Part shown: positions 1-13,700 of the stretch, piece after piece | How the letters are laid out: every line of letters begins with the position of its first letter | Position numbering within the stretch: position 1 is the stretch's first letter | Origin: Fimbriosthenelais zetlandica | Taxonomy: Eukaryota | Length of the DNA: 64,000 nt | Direction: 5' to 3' | NCBI GenBank assembly: GCA_977030845.1 | Contig: OZ365116.1 | Span: 21,700,001-21,764,000, forward strand | Notes under the pieces: generated by a model | What the model was told of the DNA's origin: nothing | The model's input: only the letters and a program-made list of their open reading frames with translations | Database searches by the model: none | Made by a program: the position numbers and the translations under genes

Positions 1-3000
1 TGAATTATTTGGTGACCATGGGGGCACAAACCGACACATAACAAGGCCACACACGCTGATACGGTCCTCTGTTCTCACTCCTACATGAGATGAATTAATG
101 GCAGCCCTCATATGTAACTCCTCCTATAATAGGCCTACCTTACATTTAAATATCTGCACTTCTACATCATACGAGTATCTGCTGCTGAAAAGTTTGAAGC
201 AATATGAACCGAAAATGACAGTTGTAGGTTTATGACAATACATCCACCCCTATAACTATGTGGGATATTTTGATGACAAATCCGATGCTCTGACATAAAG
301 TTTGATATCATATTTAATATCTCAGATTCACCCTGTGTAAAATGTTAATGCTTATATCGTGCACTATATTGCCTTTGTTGACCTCTCAGTATGTTCCATA
401 CAACTTCATCATATCGTTCGTGATATCATCAGAAAAAAGATATATTCTCAATCCCATATGTGTGTATCTGAAATGCCATGGTTAAATTCAATCACTGAAT
501 AGAGAGATGACGTCAACATCCGGGACAGTTTGACGTTAGCGCCCCTATGTCGGATAGCTTAGCAACTAATGAAAAAGTGGCTTTGTAGAAAAGTCAATAC
601 AATAATATGCTGGGCATATATGCACATTTCTCCTACATTAGTGTACGAAGGTATCCTTGAACTGGAAACCACATGCAAAAGTTTTTTTCTGCAATTATTT
701 ATGCAGACTTGGACATGAGAATCGTATTAACATTTCCGTCATGTACCAAATAATGAATTTTAAATTTCCCATTGCAAGGGGCTTTCCACGGGTGCAGGAA
801 AAGATATGGCTATGAGTTTTTATTATATAAAACAGTTAAAATGCTTGAGGTCTTGCAGGCTGTCTATATATATACACCCTTCCTCCCACACCTCAAGAGA
901 CCTGTATCTAGTCTATGTATACTTTTCAAAGCAAGGCTAGAGTCAAAAAGGTATAAACCTGTTGACCTTTTAATAACAATTTCAAACCAAAATGTCATAT
1001 GTACACTCCCTGATGGCAAACAAGAGACAAAACCCCAACAGCTATCAATATGAATGGCATAAGTACATAGCTATATACATATCTAGTAATATGATATTTC
1101 CCCACCAATGCGGGTATTTAACTAGTGGCATCCTAAGATTGTATAGCGACAATAGTTAAAAAAATACACGGATAAAAGCTGGTCAATGTCATGACTTGGC
1201 AGCGAGTCGGTCCTCACTCGTAAACAAGAGCTAAACCTCCAATAAAGAAATGTGATTTTTATGTGAATAACAGTCATACATTCTACTGTGAATGGGATCA
1301 AAAGCAAGTCGTTCATGTAGACCTCAGCAAAAATATGATGGTAGGTTCCAAGAGGTACCATGACCAGAATTAACACCAGTACAATCTAGACATATAAATC
1401 ACCATCACTATGGGTGTCTTGTCATTGTTTTACACCTCACCCTTTGCGTGGTTCATTCTCTTTTCTAGATGACCTGCCTTATGACTAAAAGCCACTAAAA
1501 CACAGTCATTGTGTACGTTAAAGTTTTTGCCCAAAACAGCAGTAGCTAATGAGTAGCACTAATGTTAACTAGCATGAGGTGCTACCATTCACGACATTAT
1601 CATGCCTGTAAAGTGTTATACACATCAATTACACTCATCTCCACTCAGCTGGAACTCTAAAGGCTATGTTACACAACGCCATTTGTATTAATGTTCCTGT
1701 CTGATATTCCTGGATGTACCATGAATTTTCACGCAAAACAGTCCACCAATTTTCATTTTCCTCTCCCATAGCACATGGATAAAATGTCTCTGAGTGTCAT
1801 TCAAGTAATTTTGCAGAATATTTGTTTTAATGTTAATAAATGTTGTCTGGCAGTTAGTGATAAATCGGGTTGGTGTGGTGTAGTCTTTATGGGGGAGTGA
1901 GAAGACTAGATATAGCCCGAGGGCAAGAAGCTAGCATCCACAATACCTTACTGACACCAACATGAACGTGAAACACTGCCTGTCACTACAGAAAAGTGTT
2001 AAATGAATGGCACATCCATACTATAAAACTCGGCATTGCATGAGCCGGCCTAGTGTGGGTTCAAAGAATAAATGCTTGGTCCCTTTTAACGAAGGCAACC
2101 CATTGCAGAAGTGCAAAAGTGAATGGAAGGTCCCATCTATTGACTGCAGGTCAGAGCTGTGACACGATGCTGTCACAGAATCTGGGAGTCATAAAAAAAA
2201 TTGTGGTTTTGAATGTTCTCTGAGTTATGGATCCATAATGTTGGTTAACATTAGTCATAAGGCACAGGGTGCCTGGGCCCAGGATATGGAATCACTTCTA
2301 ATCATGAGGCATTTAATTTCCCCCTCTGCTGCTAACTAGGTTATCAAAATCCAGCCATATCTCCCAGTATTTCGGGGGAAAGCTAGGTAAAGGAAGCAAT
2401 GCTGCCAATAGAGAAAAACAGACCATCGAACAGGCATATTTTAAATATGGTGATAGAGTGAATTTGAACGTTAAAGCCATTTACTTATCTCTTGGACCAG
2501 AGACCAATGTTCAGACCCAATTTTGGTGTACTCATGCTTTCTGAAACAAGCCAAGAACAAAATATCAGTTATGTTATATATATCTTTATTCACTCCAGAT
2601 GCATGGATTTGTGTGAGGAGTGTGCTGATTCAAAATAGTGAGAAAGCATTATTGTTGTACATGCCTGTGACCATTGTAAGGCCATGTTGTGGTGGGTTAC
2701 CCCTCAATACCACCATCTGCGGACAGCGAGAGACCAAGGTATTACTTGTCACAGCATGTTCCTACCTCCAGCCACCTCTTACAGGGATTCTACATGCCTT
2801 ACATTAATAAAGCACGACACAACACTAGGTCCTAGTCATGACTTGCTAACACACCACACGTGCATGCATTTCATTCAGTTAACTAAGGCATTTAACTATT
2901 GCGCCACAGCCCTCAGCCTAACCCCCGTGTACCCCCTCCCACTCCCTCTATAAGCTATATCGTATAAGGCTCCCTTTTACTCATACTGTACCGTTATGTG

Positions 3001-6000
3001 CACACAACCTAATGAGCATTTCTTAAACAGCAGTCTTGCATGGATAATTGTTTTCAACTATGACATGCATGGAACACGCATGTGGTTAGTAAATTGTAGC
3101 AGCATATTGGCATCACTAATTTAAGCATTGCTGCTTTCACAATGGTCACATTGTTCAGGTCATTAAACAGTTCGCCATTTGATTTCCATTTGGGGGTTGG
3201 CTTTATGCAAGGCTAATCTGGAGCATGTAATTTTTCTAGACTGGTGGCTGCAGTTTGCTTGCACCATGCGTGATAGTTCCTCCACAGTTATGAAAGTCTA
3301 TAACTCGTTATTTTAAAATTAATGATATATTTCTAGTGTTTGCCCTAAATAAATAGGAATGCTTCATTGACTATAAGAAAGCCTTTGACAATTTGTAATG
3401 TACTTGTCTGATTTATGGCTTAAAAGAGTGGGCTGTACAGATAATGGGTCTACAAATCACTGGTTTCAGCATGGCATAAAATCAACAGAGGCGATAATAT
3501 TGTGGGAAAACCATATCTCCCCCAACTCCAATTTTCCCCCTATAAAATAGACATCTATATATATACAGCCTTCCTAGAGTCACCTGCTTCCCTCCAGCCC
3601 ACATAACCCGAAGCCTGCCTCAGCCCTTCATACCCGAGGATTGCCAAAATGATGTTAATTACGTCATTACCATGGACCACACATAGATAATGGCACGCCA
3701 AAAGTGGAATACACTCCGCCATACGAGTCATTTAAAGGCTCTTTTTTATGCTACTCTTCACAGTCACATGCCAACCCTCTAGGGTACGGGCACCTGCATC
3801 TCCCTCTTCTATGTCAGATATATGTTATAGAAAAGAAACGAGTGTCTTGATGCTCGATGCTGCTTTTGAAGATTCCTCCTTTGAAAAATGGTCGTAAAAT
3901 CTGATATCGATGAATCACTCTTTTGGTGGCGTTTTATCATGAGTGAAATACTCTGAAAATAATGTTACAAATGCCTTTGATGTAGTTTGAATTCCCTATG
4001 TTGCATTCAGTATCGTGAATGTTGATACATAATAGAGCTATGTTGAGGTTACAAATGAGATGCCCTCACGATGGACTCCCTAAATGACTGCATGATGGAC
4101 TCAGTAATCCGACACCAAAAGTCAAAGATCTGATAATGGAGATGGATAACTCAACGCTCCAGTCTTATGCCTTTCTCACCAAGTCAAAGCTTCTTTCTTG
4201 CTTCATTATGTGGAACATTAAAGAATTGTGTGCTTGTGTACCCTGGATTTTGATCAACATAAGGGCGATAATAGGGCCCTTCAAGTCGTTAAATATATAT
4301 ACCAATATATAAACAGCCACTTTCTGACTCGGGAGTATTGTACCACAGGTGTATCGGGTATTCCTTCACCTTCAAATTCCACCCTTACATTTTGCAGCTG
4401 CCGAAAAAATCCTTTTATTCGCCCCTTGTATTCATTCTTTACCTTACAAAGAAGTATCCAGTTGTCTAATGTTAAATATTCATGCATTTTACTCCATTTT
4501 CCCCCATAAAAGACCCTACTTGTTTGAGTAGTAATTGTTATGGTGGGGACTGTACGTTTAAGCTTTCGCTTGGAGCGTTTTACACAAAATTACTTCAGTA
4601 TAGAGGAGAGTGAAGCCGGGTTGTAACATGAGGCATGCCTTAGCTGTCTCTCCTATACCAGTCTCTTAACCGCTGCGTGCCCATGCGATGACAGCCCAGC
4701 AAGTTATTAGTACATGACTTTGGCCCGGGTTATCGCTCTTATAATCTGACGTTTTGCCCGCCGTTAGACATTGAACAAAACTCGACGTTAATCACAGGCG
4801 TCTGTAGTGCCCCCTACAGGAATCCACAGGAAGTATTCCCTCTCTAAGCGGCCGTAACCCGGAACGGACTATTGTGAAGAAATATATGGGGAGGTAAAGC
4901 ATGCCCTTGAGGCATCCCGGGTCGGAGTAGCTGGGGAATGTAGCCTCCACATTACTCATGAACGTTTAGCGGTCCTCGTAGAGTCGCTGTTTGATGTGTA
5001 AACCTGTCATTACGTGGTGTTGGAGACTCACTGATAACATCTCCCCACCTTCAGGGAACAGTTCTTCCCCTCAGGCCACTATGCAAGAAAACTCAGTGGG
5101 ACTGTCCAACGTATAGTAGAGACCAGGTGAACAGGATATTAGAATCAACATAATACAGACTGTGGACAATAGGAGCTCTTATCAAGGTCCCTAACCGCGT
5201 ATTAACTCCACAAATACAGCCTCAGAACATTCGCTGTTTCTCTCCAGTCCCTTACTTAATTCACATTGGCAAACACGAGCTTGTAAAAAGCTGTATGCTA
5301 CACCTTGTGATGAAGTCAAAATTGGGAGTCCTGGGTCTATTTGTTGGGGATCAATGGCAGGGGAAATGTGACTTCACAATGCCTTCCTACTGAAGGACGT
5401 CAAATTATACATTGAATAGAAGTCAGTGGGGGAGAGAGCTAATGCTGGATATAAGTTTGTCCTTTATACATGGTTCAGTAAAAAATCTGAGTGAAAACTC
5501 TTCACAGAGCAATGATGTATAAAAGCAATAAAACAGTTTGCACTGGCTGCATGATTTGATCACAGCAAAACACTGATTTAACCCAAAACGACTGCACCCA
5601 CTCTGACGATGATTTATAGCGAGCCATGGTAGCGAGAATTATGAGTTGTGCTTCGAGGCTGAGCAAATAATTCAAAAAAGTGAAAGTGTTAGAGAGAGAA
5701 TGTCCCCTGGTACGGTGGACGCCCAGGTTCACCGTTTGCCTTGGAGGCCTAATTGCATGTGGCAAATATGACATTGAGAGATGGCTGTATAATGATAGCC
5801 TCTTACCGTGAGCTGTATGGAGTGGGGGGTGCACTTGTGTGGTATCCTCTGATACTTATCTCTCTTTTCACGTCAGATTCTCTCTCTCCCCCTGAAAGCC
5901 CCATCCTCCATGTCACCTGTCAAAGTCAACCCACCCCCAAATTCTTGATCTCACGCCCCCTTCCACTGATAAGATCTAGGAAGTCAATCGGTACAAATTT

Positions 6001-7899
6001 GGTGCTTTATCTTAGGCTATTGTGTGGCGGGATGGGTGTCGGGGGAGGCACCTCTTTCTTCTCTGGCTTACCCCCTTTTCTGTGTAATGATTCTGGCTTT
6101 GATATAATAGTTGTTGTCAGGTGGAGGGTGCTGTAGGTTAGAGTTCTGGTAAATCATCTACCTGAAAGGGGATGGTCTGGTGGGTGGGTAAATTTCACAG
6201 ACAGGACAGTGTGGACATAGTCGGGGGTCGTTAACATGGATCACCATCATGGTATTCATTCCTTTAGTCCCCACTATGAATGATAGATATGCCCTTTCAA
6301 AACTGTAAATTTATTTAATATTACCGACGGTAACAATGGCCTCAATATATAATTAATATAGTACTGGTCTAAGTTAAGATTTTTATAACAGATAGACACC
6401 CTGTTATAACTTATTCAGAGGTTCGATACACTTATTTCGACCAACTTTGATCTGATTTATACTTGAATAAGTCAGCCTGAGTATGCAGCATTTTGCTGTA
6501 GGTGAGAGCCTGGGTGAGAGGACCGCTTGTATACTACTTACAAGCGTTGGTTCGCGGGGGCCGCGGGCGGCAGGCACGCGGCTCTCCTCCCAATGATGTG
6601 GCTCCATGTGAGCGGGGTCATCCCTCCCCTACATGTTATCTAAACACATGACAGGCTAGTTAAATTATTTACCAGTGTCTGCTAGTCCATTTCTATCCGT
6701 ATCATTGTTTCTGATTATGTACAATGGTCAATGTTTCTCACGCCCATAGCCTACATAATTTATATGCCCTATGGTCAATTTTCCATGACAGAGACCCCAA
6801 AAAAGGTTATATCATTGAACTTCTTTCGAATGCCGTATTTCTTTATTGATAGTTGGCCATGGTACATAGATCTTTTGGTTTCGAGTCATTTTCATCTCTA
6901 TAAGGAATTGTGAATGCTCTTAAACGTTTGTGAAAACAGTGACAGGATCTCATTATTATCATAGACGTCTATGTTATTATAGAGCTTACATGCAGTTTAT
7001 GATATACTTTCGTGTTTTCTCTCCCTTTCAATCTCCGTTTCTCTACGTAACCTTTAACTCTTACACCATAGAGAGGTACCACATTCTACCTGCTTGGTCG
7101 CTGTGCTATTTGTTGGCCCATCTCTGACCAGGGGGACCAAAAGCGAACCGACCCAGGCCAAGGGTCTGCCGACCAAACGGTGTATCCTTCGCCAAATCTT
7201 CCAGGTGACAAGTTTCCCCTTCTTTGATGTTGTCACCCCGACTTGCCATCTGCCCAGCTGACTAATAAGATGAATGATTGTGTATAGGAAAGAGACACTC
7301 TACACATTTGGGTCTGTGGGCTGGCTCTTGATGTTATAGGCCACCCTGGACACCATGGCGTAATGTCCTCCAACCTCTCTAACTATAGGGTGTATCTGTA
7401 CTGAAACCACTGAGGCATGTGTGATCAGAACAAGGGGCAAATATTATACATGCTCAGTCAATTGGCGGAGTATATTTCTGTTAAAAATATACGTGATAGA
7501 CATTTTTTATCATATAGGCCAACTAGAGCGTTGCCCCAATGATTGGGAGGAAATCTTAGGACATTAGTTTTCATCGAAAGTTGTTATAAGAAAGCGATTA
7601 TACTCAAGAATGATCCCCAGAAGAAACTTTTTGAGGCAGAATATTTTGTGTAGAAATGTCATACTTCAAAGTGTTGCCAGGTTATAAGAGGAGGTGTCCA
7701 GGCAGTGTTAGGAATCAGTGCCACTCCTACACATATATCCACAGTTTCTCCTCAATCTCTTTGAAGTTTTGCCATTTTTATTCCCATTTTCTCTTTGTTC
7801 GTGGAACCGAAAACAGAGTCGTTTGGGAGAATGGAAAATTTTTGGCAATTCCTCTATGTCACATATACATGGAATCACCCGGTTCCAATGCAGATGCAA

Positions 7900-7955
7900 C
7901 TCTCTCTATCTGTCTGTCTCTCTCTGTCTCTGTCTCTCTCTGTCTCTCTCTCTCT
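7900..7955 (+). repeat. (TC)/(TCTG) compound microsatellite
   Basis: ctctctctatctgtctgtctctctctgtctctgtctctctctgtctctctctctct read directly. Confidence 0.9.
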
Positions 7956-10698
7956 AGCGGATGTTTGTTTTATTATAGTGCTACCCCCATACAACATTTG
8001 CATGGTATCAGACTGTATATATTTACTTCAAAAAGATATGCACATATATAAAACTGGGGATAAATCTTGCTAAGTGTTTGCAGCTGTGGGGATTTGCTAA
8101 GAAGCGTGTATATTATAGTAATCATATCCATAAAATCAAGGAGATGAATTAACCACGTTGGTCTCGAGTGCTTCTTCATAAGTGGGTATGATGACATAGT
8201 ATTATATAGATTATCTCCGGTTACCAATTGATGGTAAGCCATATTCGAGTGGCTCTTCGAAATCCAATTAATACACCCCAAAGCTACCTATTCAATACCC
8301 AGTGTATCATAAAAATATCCAATAGCCTGTATATATGGGACAGAATGTATCATAATTCATTGGGCTTATTGTAACGTAACTATGAATATGACATGAACAG
8401 AAGCTTGTCTAGTCTATAACCCGAGGACTTTGCTCTATTGACTTATTCTCATGCTCATTTTGCACAGGTGTGCATCCCCAGGGCTAGGAAAAATTACTCT
8501 ACCTTAACTGTCCAGACATTCAAATAATCATAATATATTATATTAACGTTATAGGCTACATGCTATGAGTTATTGCTGAAGGCTATTAAATTTGCCTCCT
8601 ATCATGGCTTCTTTGATCGTGAATTGGTTCCGACTAAAATAGTCCAATGAAAAGATTAAATGTTTAACACGACAATTTATATAGAAACATATACTATGAA
8701 TCTATGAAAGTGATAATAGTATCGCAGGTACATGTTAAGTTTTTTGCTGTACATCTGCCCTATCATAACTAGAGATATGGCATAACGAATTGAATGACAT
8801 GAAACGTAACCATAAAGATAAACACAAGCCAATAAAACATACATATTAACCTTGATTCCAATCTCACCCAATACCTACACATGGCTCCATTGCTTTCTGG
8901 CCATGATCTGGAGTGAGATAGTGAGGTGACTTGTAAACCAGACCTTCACAGTTTTCATGTTAAACATGTGTCCCTGCTCTCATTCCAGCATGCATGCCCT
9001 CCAGCCATACACATTAATTACTATTAACTAAGTCAACCATGACCCTCACAAACGCCGGTCTAACTCATCAATCATGTTACTCTCATACAGTTATGTTGAG
9101 GCAGTGTTCAGCATGCTCTATACTATATGACAATTGAAAACAAAGGCCTCTACCACCCCAACCCCCTTTACATGGCATAGATATACTCATAACGACATAT
9201 ATAGTTCATTATCAACAATATCTGAGTCTCTGCTGTTCAAAAACATGTTCTTGTGAGATGGTTTTATATATATCATTTGGTGGTGCATATAAACGTACTT
9301 TGATTGTAAAATGACCTCTGAACAAGTCATGTTTATTTAACCTATTTGATGCTGATTTTATGACTATCTGAGTATGTACGGACATATGATTGCCTTGTGA
9401 TATACAGTGACAGATATACCAGTGAATTAATTTCAGCAGCTGCACTGTATATCTCACTGCATCTCTGAAATAACTAATAGCAATCGTCCATTAAAAGCCA
9501 TCGGTGGAAAGATGTTGAACCAAGGCGGTCTATCTCTTCTTTTCCTCTCAACTGAAATTAAGAAGAGGAGAAGTTTACCCCAGCACTTCAATGCCACTCT
9601 AGCCATCCTCAGGAGGCTCGGCCTAGCATGTACACAGTGCCACAGGTGCGGGACTCAATGTTCTCACCACAATTCCCGGCCTTCTTGCCGCTTTCAACCG
9701 ACATGTTCTGCACCAGCTGACCCAGGCGGCTCAGGAGCTGCACCGGGAGGACGATCCCCCCAACCGACCCAGCTCGCGGCGGTCCCCGGAAGCTTTTCCC
9801 TATCTATGGTGAGACAACTGCTTTACCATCAAGGCCAGCAACCCCCATGTCCCTCCGTAAGAAACTGCCATTTGAGAATTGTACTTTCACAGTGAAAATA
9901 AAACATGAAGAGAAGTTGGGTAAACAATGGCGATCAAAAGCTGGATGGGGTTCGTGTTTTGTGGGGATGACACTGTGGGTGTTGGAGTGGTATGAAGCAC
10001 GTTTGATAGGGGCGACTAGGCGGGGTGAACTCAATGCCCCAGGTATATGTTGACATGAGGATTAGCCCCCAGCCTGCTGCTGGTACTTAGGTGTTGTAAG
10101 GGGAGTGAGGGTGTTTTGGTGTTAATGTCATCATTTTGCTGGGACCGTGGTGATGAGGATAATGATGAAGGGTGGGCTGCGGTTATAGGTATGACATTCT
10201 TGATACAGACCTCGTTTGTCTTTTCATCTCAAGATGTGAGATATTACGGGGTCGGTCGGTGCAGAAGGCTCTACCTAAGCCTCCGTGGAATCCCAGTTAT
10301 GGATCACATGCTTTCTAAGGAGCAGCACCCTTTTCAATCTTTATTTGATAACCAAGTATACAATTTATATTAGCCTTCCCACAGAGTTCTGTAGGATCAT
10401 CAAGCTGTGAAATATGGAGCAGAAAATTATGTTCCCTTCATTTTAAATCTTAGAAAAAACGTGATCTATGTCACATGTATCTATTTAACTTTCTAATTAA
10501 CCAATGGAAATGATAATATGTTATGTGGGAGGCAGATTACCGCAACTTGATTATGAAATCTCCCTTGCAATAAAGAGTGAGTTTAATTGATTTTCTGGAT
10601 TCAGACATGTCTTTCAACAGAATTAATTGGGGAATTCACAAAGGTAATAGCTGGCCATGTTCAATGACTGGACTGCTGGAGGCTCGGGCTGGAGGCAG

Positions 10699-10738
10699 GA
10701 GTGTGGCTTGAGTGTACTGAGTGTGGCTTGAGTGTACT
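10699..10738 (+). repeat. Perfect 20-bp tandem duplication
   Basis: GAGTGTGGCTTGAGTGTACT x2. Confidence 0.9.
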
Positions 10739-13700
10739 GCAGTCTTTGCTTTTTGATAGAACAGAGGTCAGAATCAATGTGAGACATCATAACACCTGGA
10801 GCACAGCCCAGAGCAAGGAAGGTCATAGCTCTGTATATTGCTTCCAATGACTCCTGCCATAAGGTAAAGTCTGTACACTGCCATCATGTAGTCTCTACAC
10901 TGCCTCAGGTTCATAAAAATATCAGAACAGAAGACAGGAGCAATGAGATGTGGGAAGACTTCCTCATTGAGACTCCTTTGTCTGTTTTTGGTGCATTCTG
11001 TCATTGCCTTTACATCTCCTCATCATACTGGCTTCTTAGAGTTAGAGGAAGCAGCCTGACAGTCATGCACTTACTCTTTTCTTCCCACCTTCAACAACAC
11101 CTTTGCTCTCACAGATTTCCTTCCGACATCAAAGAAAAGCCAAATCAAATACTCCTCGGAAAAGGCTTGCTAGAGTTAGGAGCCAAGTCTTGAAACGATC
11201 AAAAGCCCAATCAGTGTTGGAGGCAGTGGCCAGCCAAGACCAATCAAAGTCCAAATGAAAGCGACCCTCCGTGGCCTTTGACAGAGCAAAGTGCACCGAC
11301 CCCGCCCTTTGGCCAGTCAGGTCACTGCACTTCCTTCTTTCCTTGCCTTCCGCCTTGTAAACGCTCTTGGACCAACATTATTTTCCAGTCGCTCGAACTC
11401 CCAACTGATTCTTCAGCGAATCACTAAGTTATTTGCTGGTCCAATGACCTGTGGACAAACAGTACATTTCACGGGTTAACATCCATGTCCACAACATTTA
11501 ATTGGCTCTTGTTTGGTCAGCAGCTTAGGATTTTTTGAGTCTCAAAGGAGACTAGAGGGAACAGTAATTGCTCTCAGAAAACACAATACATCAAAAGGTG
11601 ATGCTCATTCGTGTTTCATATTGTCTTGCTTGCAAATATTTCTGTTATTACATTTGATTCGTATCCCAAATTCTATTTTATAACTCAGAAGTTCGCATGA
11701 TTCTGGTTAAACAATGCACTTTCTCTGACATTTTCAAAGACAAGTGTTGCCTTACTACAACAAAGAAGACATATATGTCTTACAAGCAGAAAGTCTTACA
11801 GGAATACTGTCTTACATCTGCTCCTTTTCCTCAGACAAAAGTCTCAGGCCAAACTTGTCAATCTTGACTGCTTCTCTTGTTCACTGTCAAGTCGTTTTTG
11901 ACATAGTACTCTTTGGAGACATGTTCCTTTAGGGTCCCTAGCTAGATACATACACGCGACTCTAGTAATCTGTCCATCTTTTAGGGTAGAGGTAGGAGTA
12001 CTATATGTGTATTGGTTTGAAGACAGCTGCTAGGCTCCTCGATTACACAATACGCCATTAAACTAATATAGTTCAAACAAATGGTGAGAAAGGAAGAGGT
12101 TAGAGACAGGAAACAATAGTTACTCTTCACTTCCTGGCGTTTGTAATGTGGGAAATAGAATGACGCTTATACCATCACCTGCCATGGAGGCTTTCATATG
12201 TTGGAGACTTGTAAAAAGTGCACAGCAGAGAATGCCTTTAGGACATGAATAGAATCTCTACTCTCCATTTTTCGATAACATTATAAGTGCTTTGTTGCCT
12301 CTGGTGGTCTTTCCAGTCATATCAGTATAGGAATGTTGTGTTGCATCACTTTATTCAATCTCGGATATATATCCATACACTTTCCCTTAGGCAACTTCTC
12401 AGATGCTTTCTAATGAACCATGAATTGATGCATCAGAATGTGTTAACCAGCAGCCCCTACAATTATGTGCCAGCCAGCAGCCCATGCAGATTTTGAAACT
12501 GTAGGTTGTTAAAGGAATTAGTATGGGATTAGTCTGAACAAATAGCATAAACCTACAATACATTTGTCATCAGAAAGTAGAATCCGACCTGAAAGAGTAG
12601 CGATTGAGAGGCGGCAGTTGTCATTCAAAACCCGATGTATCCGCCTGTCACATGCCATTTGAAATGCTAAGAAAATTCTAAATAAGGAAAACAGTGGAGT
12701 GAAGGAGGTTTGGCGTGTAAAGGCAGACTGGGTGGTACATATCCCAGCAATTAGTAGACGGCCCAACAAAAGGATCCTGTCTCAAATGTCAAAGCGTTTG
12801 TGGAATTTAAAGCCCTCGTTGTCTGAACCGTATGGCCCTTAATGTGTGTAAAGGGCGCAGAAAAGGCCCTAATCCCTAAGGACACTAATGGGTCTACGCG
12901 TAACAGACGTAGGCTATATACAGGTGGAATACACTGATCAGGTGGGAGGGTTCGTTAGAAAGGGGAAAAGATGTCAGGGATGCACTAAACCGATTATACC
13001 ACCGATTAGTGACAAAGTGGGTTCAAATCCACACCAAGACACAAACCAAAAATTGGGTTTTCCAATCATAAGTGAATCTGAATGAAGGACCACGAATGAA
13101 ATTTCAAAGTTTTTAAGGAGAATTTTCAGTAGGAAGGAATCGGTTGAGAAGTTGTGATTAGTGTGAGGAGGGGTGAGTGGAGATTGAGAGGGTGACGGTT
13201 TGGTGTTATACTATCAGCAGCTGGATCAGAGTCAGACTACAGGTGACATTTGGTCACCCTTCAGTCATCTGTCAGCTTCCACCAATACCCAAAATAAAGC
13301 TACTCTCTATTGTCACAAACTGACAGCTGAGGCGTGCGCCGGGACGCCTATACCTCTCTATCTCCTCCACAAAGCGGCTGTCTTAACCCTAACTCCATCT
13401 TCATTTCCTCTGTTTAAAGTTGCTGACAAGAAAAAATGGCAGATATGCAAAATCAGAGCATTCAGTATGATGGGTTCTAAGTCCAGATACATGTATTTTC
13501 AGTGAATGGAGTATATTACAATCGCACACGTCCCTCTATTTTCCTCGGAATCCTTGATTTCCTTGACATATTTCTTTAAGAGGGATTTATTATAAGAACT
13601 TTTAGTATAGGAGGAGAAAATGCAGTATAGAGTTGGGCGGTTTGTTACCGGAGACTTAAGGGAGGGGGTATTTTCTTACCTATTGTCACCTGTACAGGTC

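Noticed and set aside
4281-4487. Minus-strand peptide NEYKGRIKGFFRQLQNVRVEFEGEGIPDTPVV
   Set aside because: Protein-like by eye, but no recognisable family, weak splice context and no neighbouring exons to support it.
6572-6581. AGGCACGCGG resembling part of miR-124
   Set aside because: Only 10 nt match, flanks diverge and there is no hairpin.
13018-13036. Pol III B-box-like GGTTCAAATCC (also an A-box-like TAGCGCAGTGG near 39370 and a minus-strand GGTTCAAGTCC near 56495)
   Set aside because: No correctly spaced partner box or cloverleaf stems, so no tRNA or SINE call.
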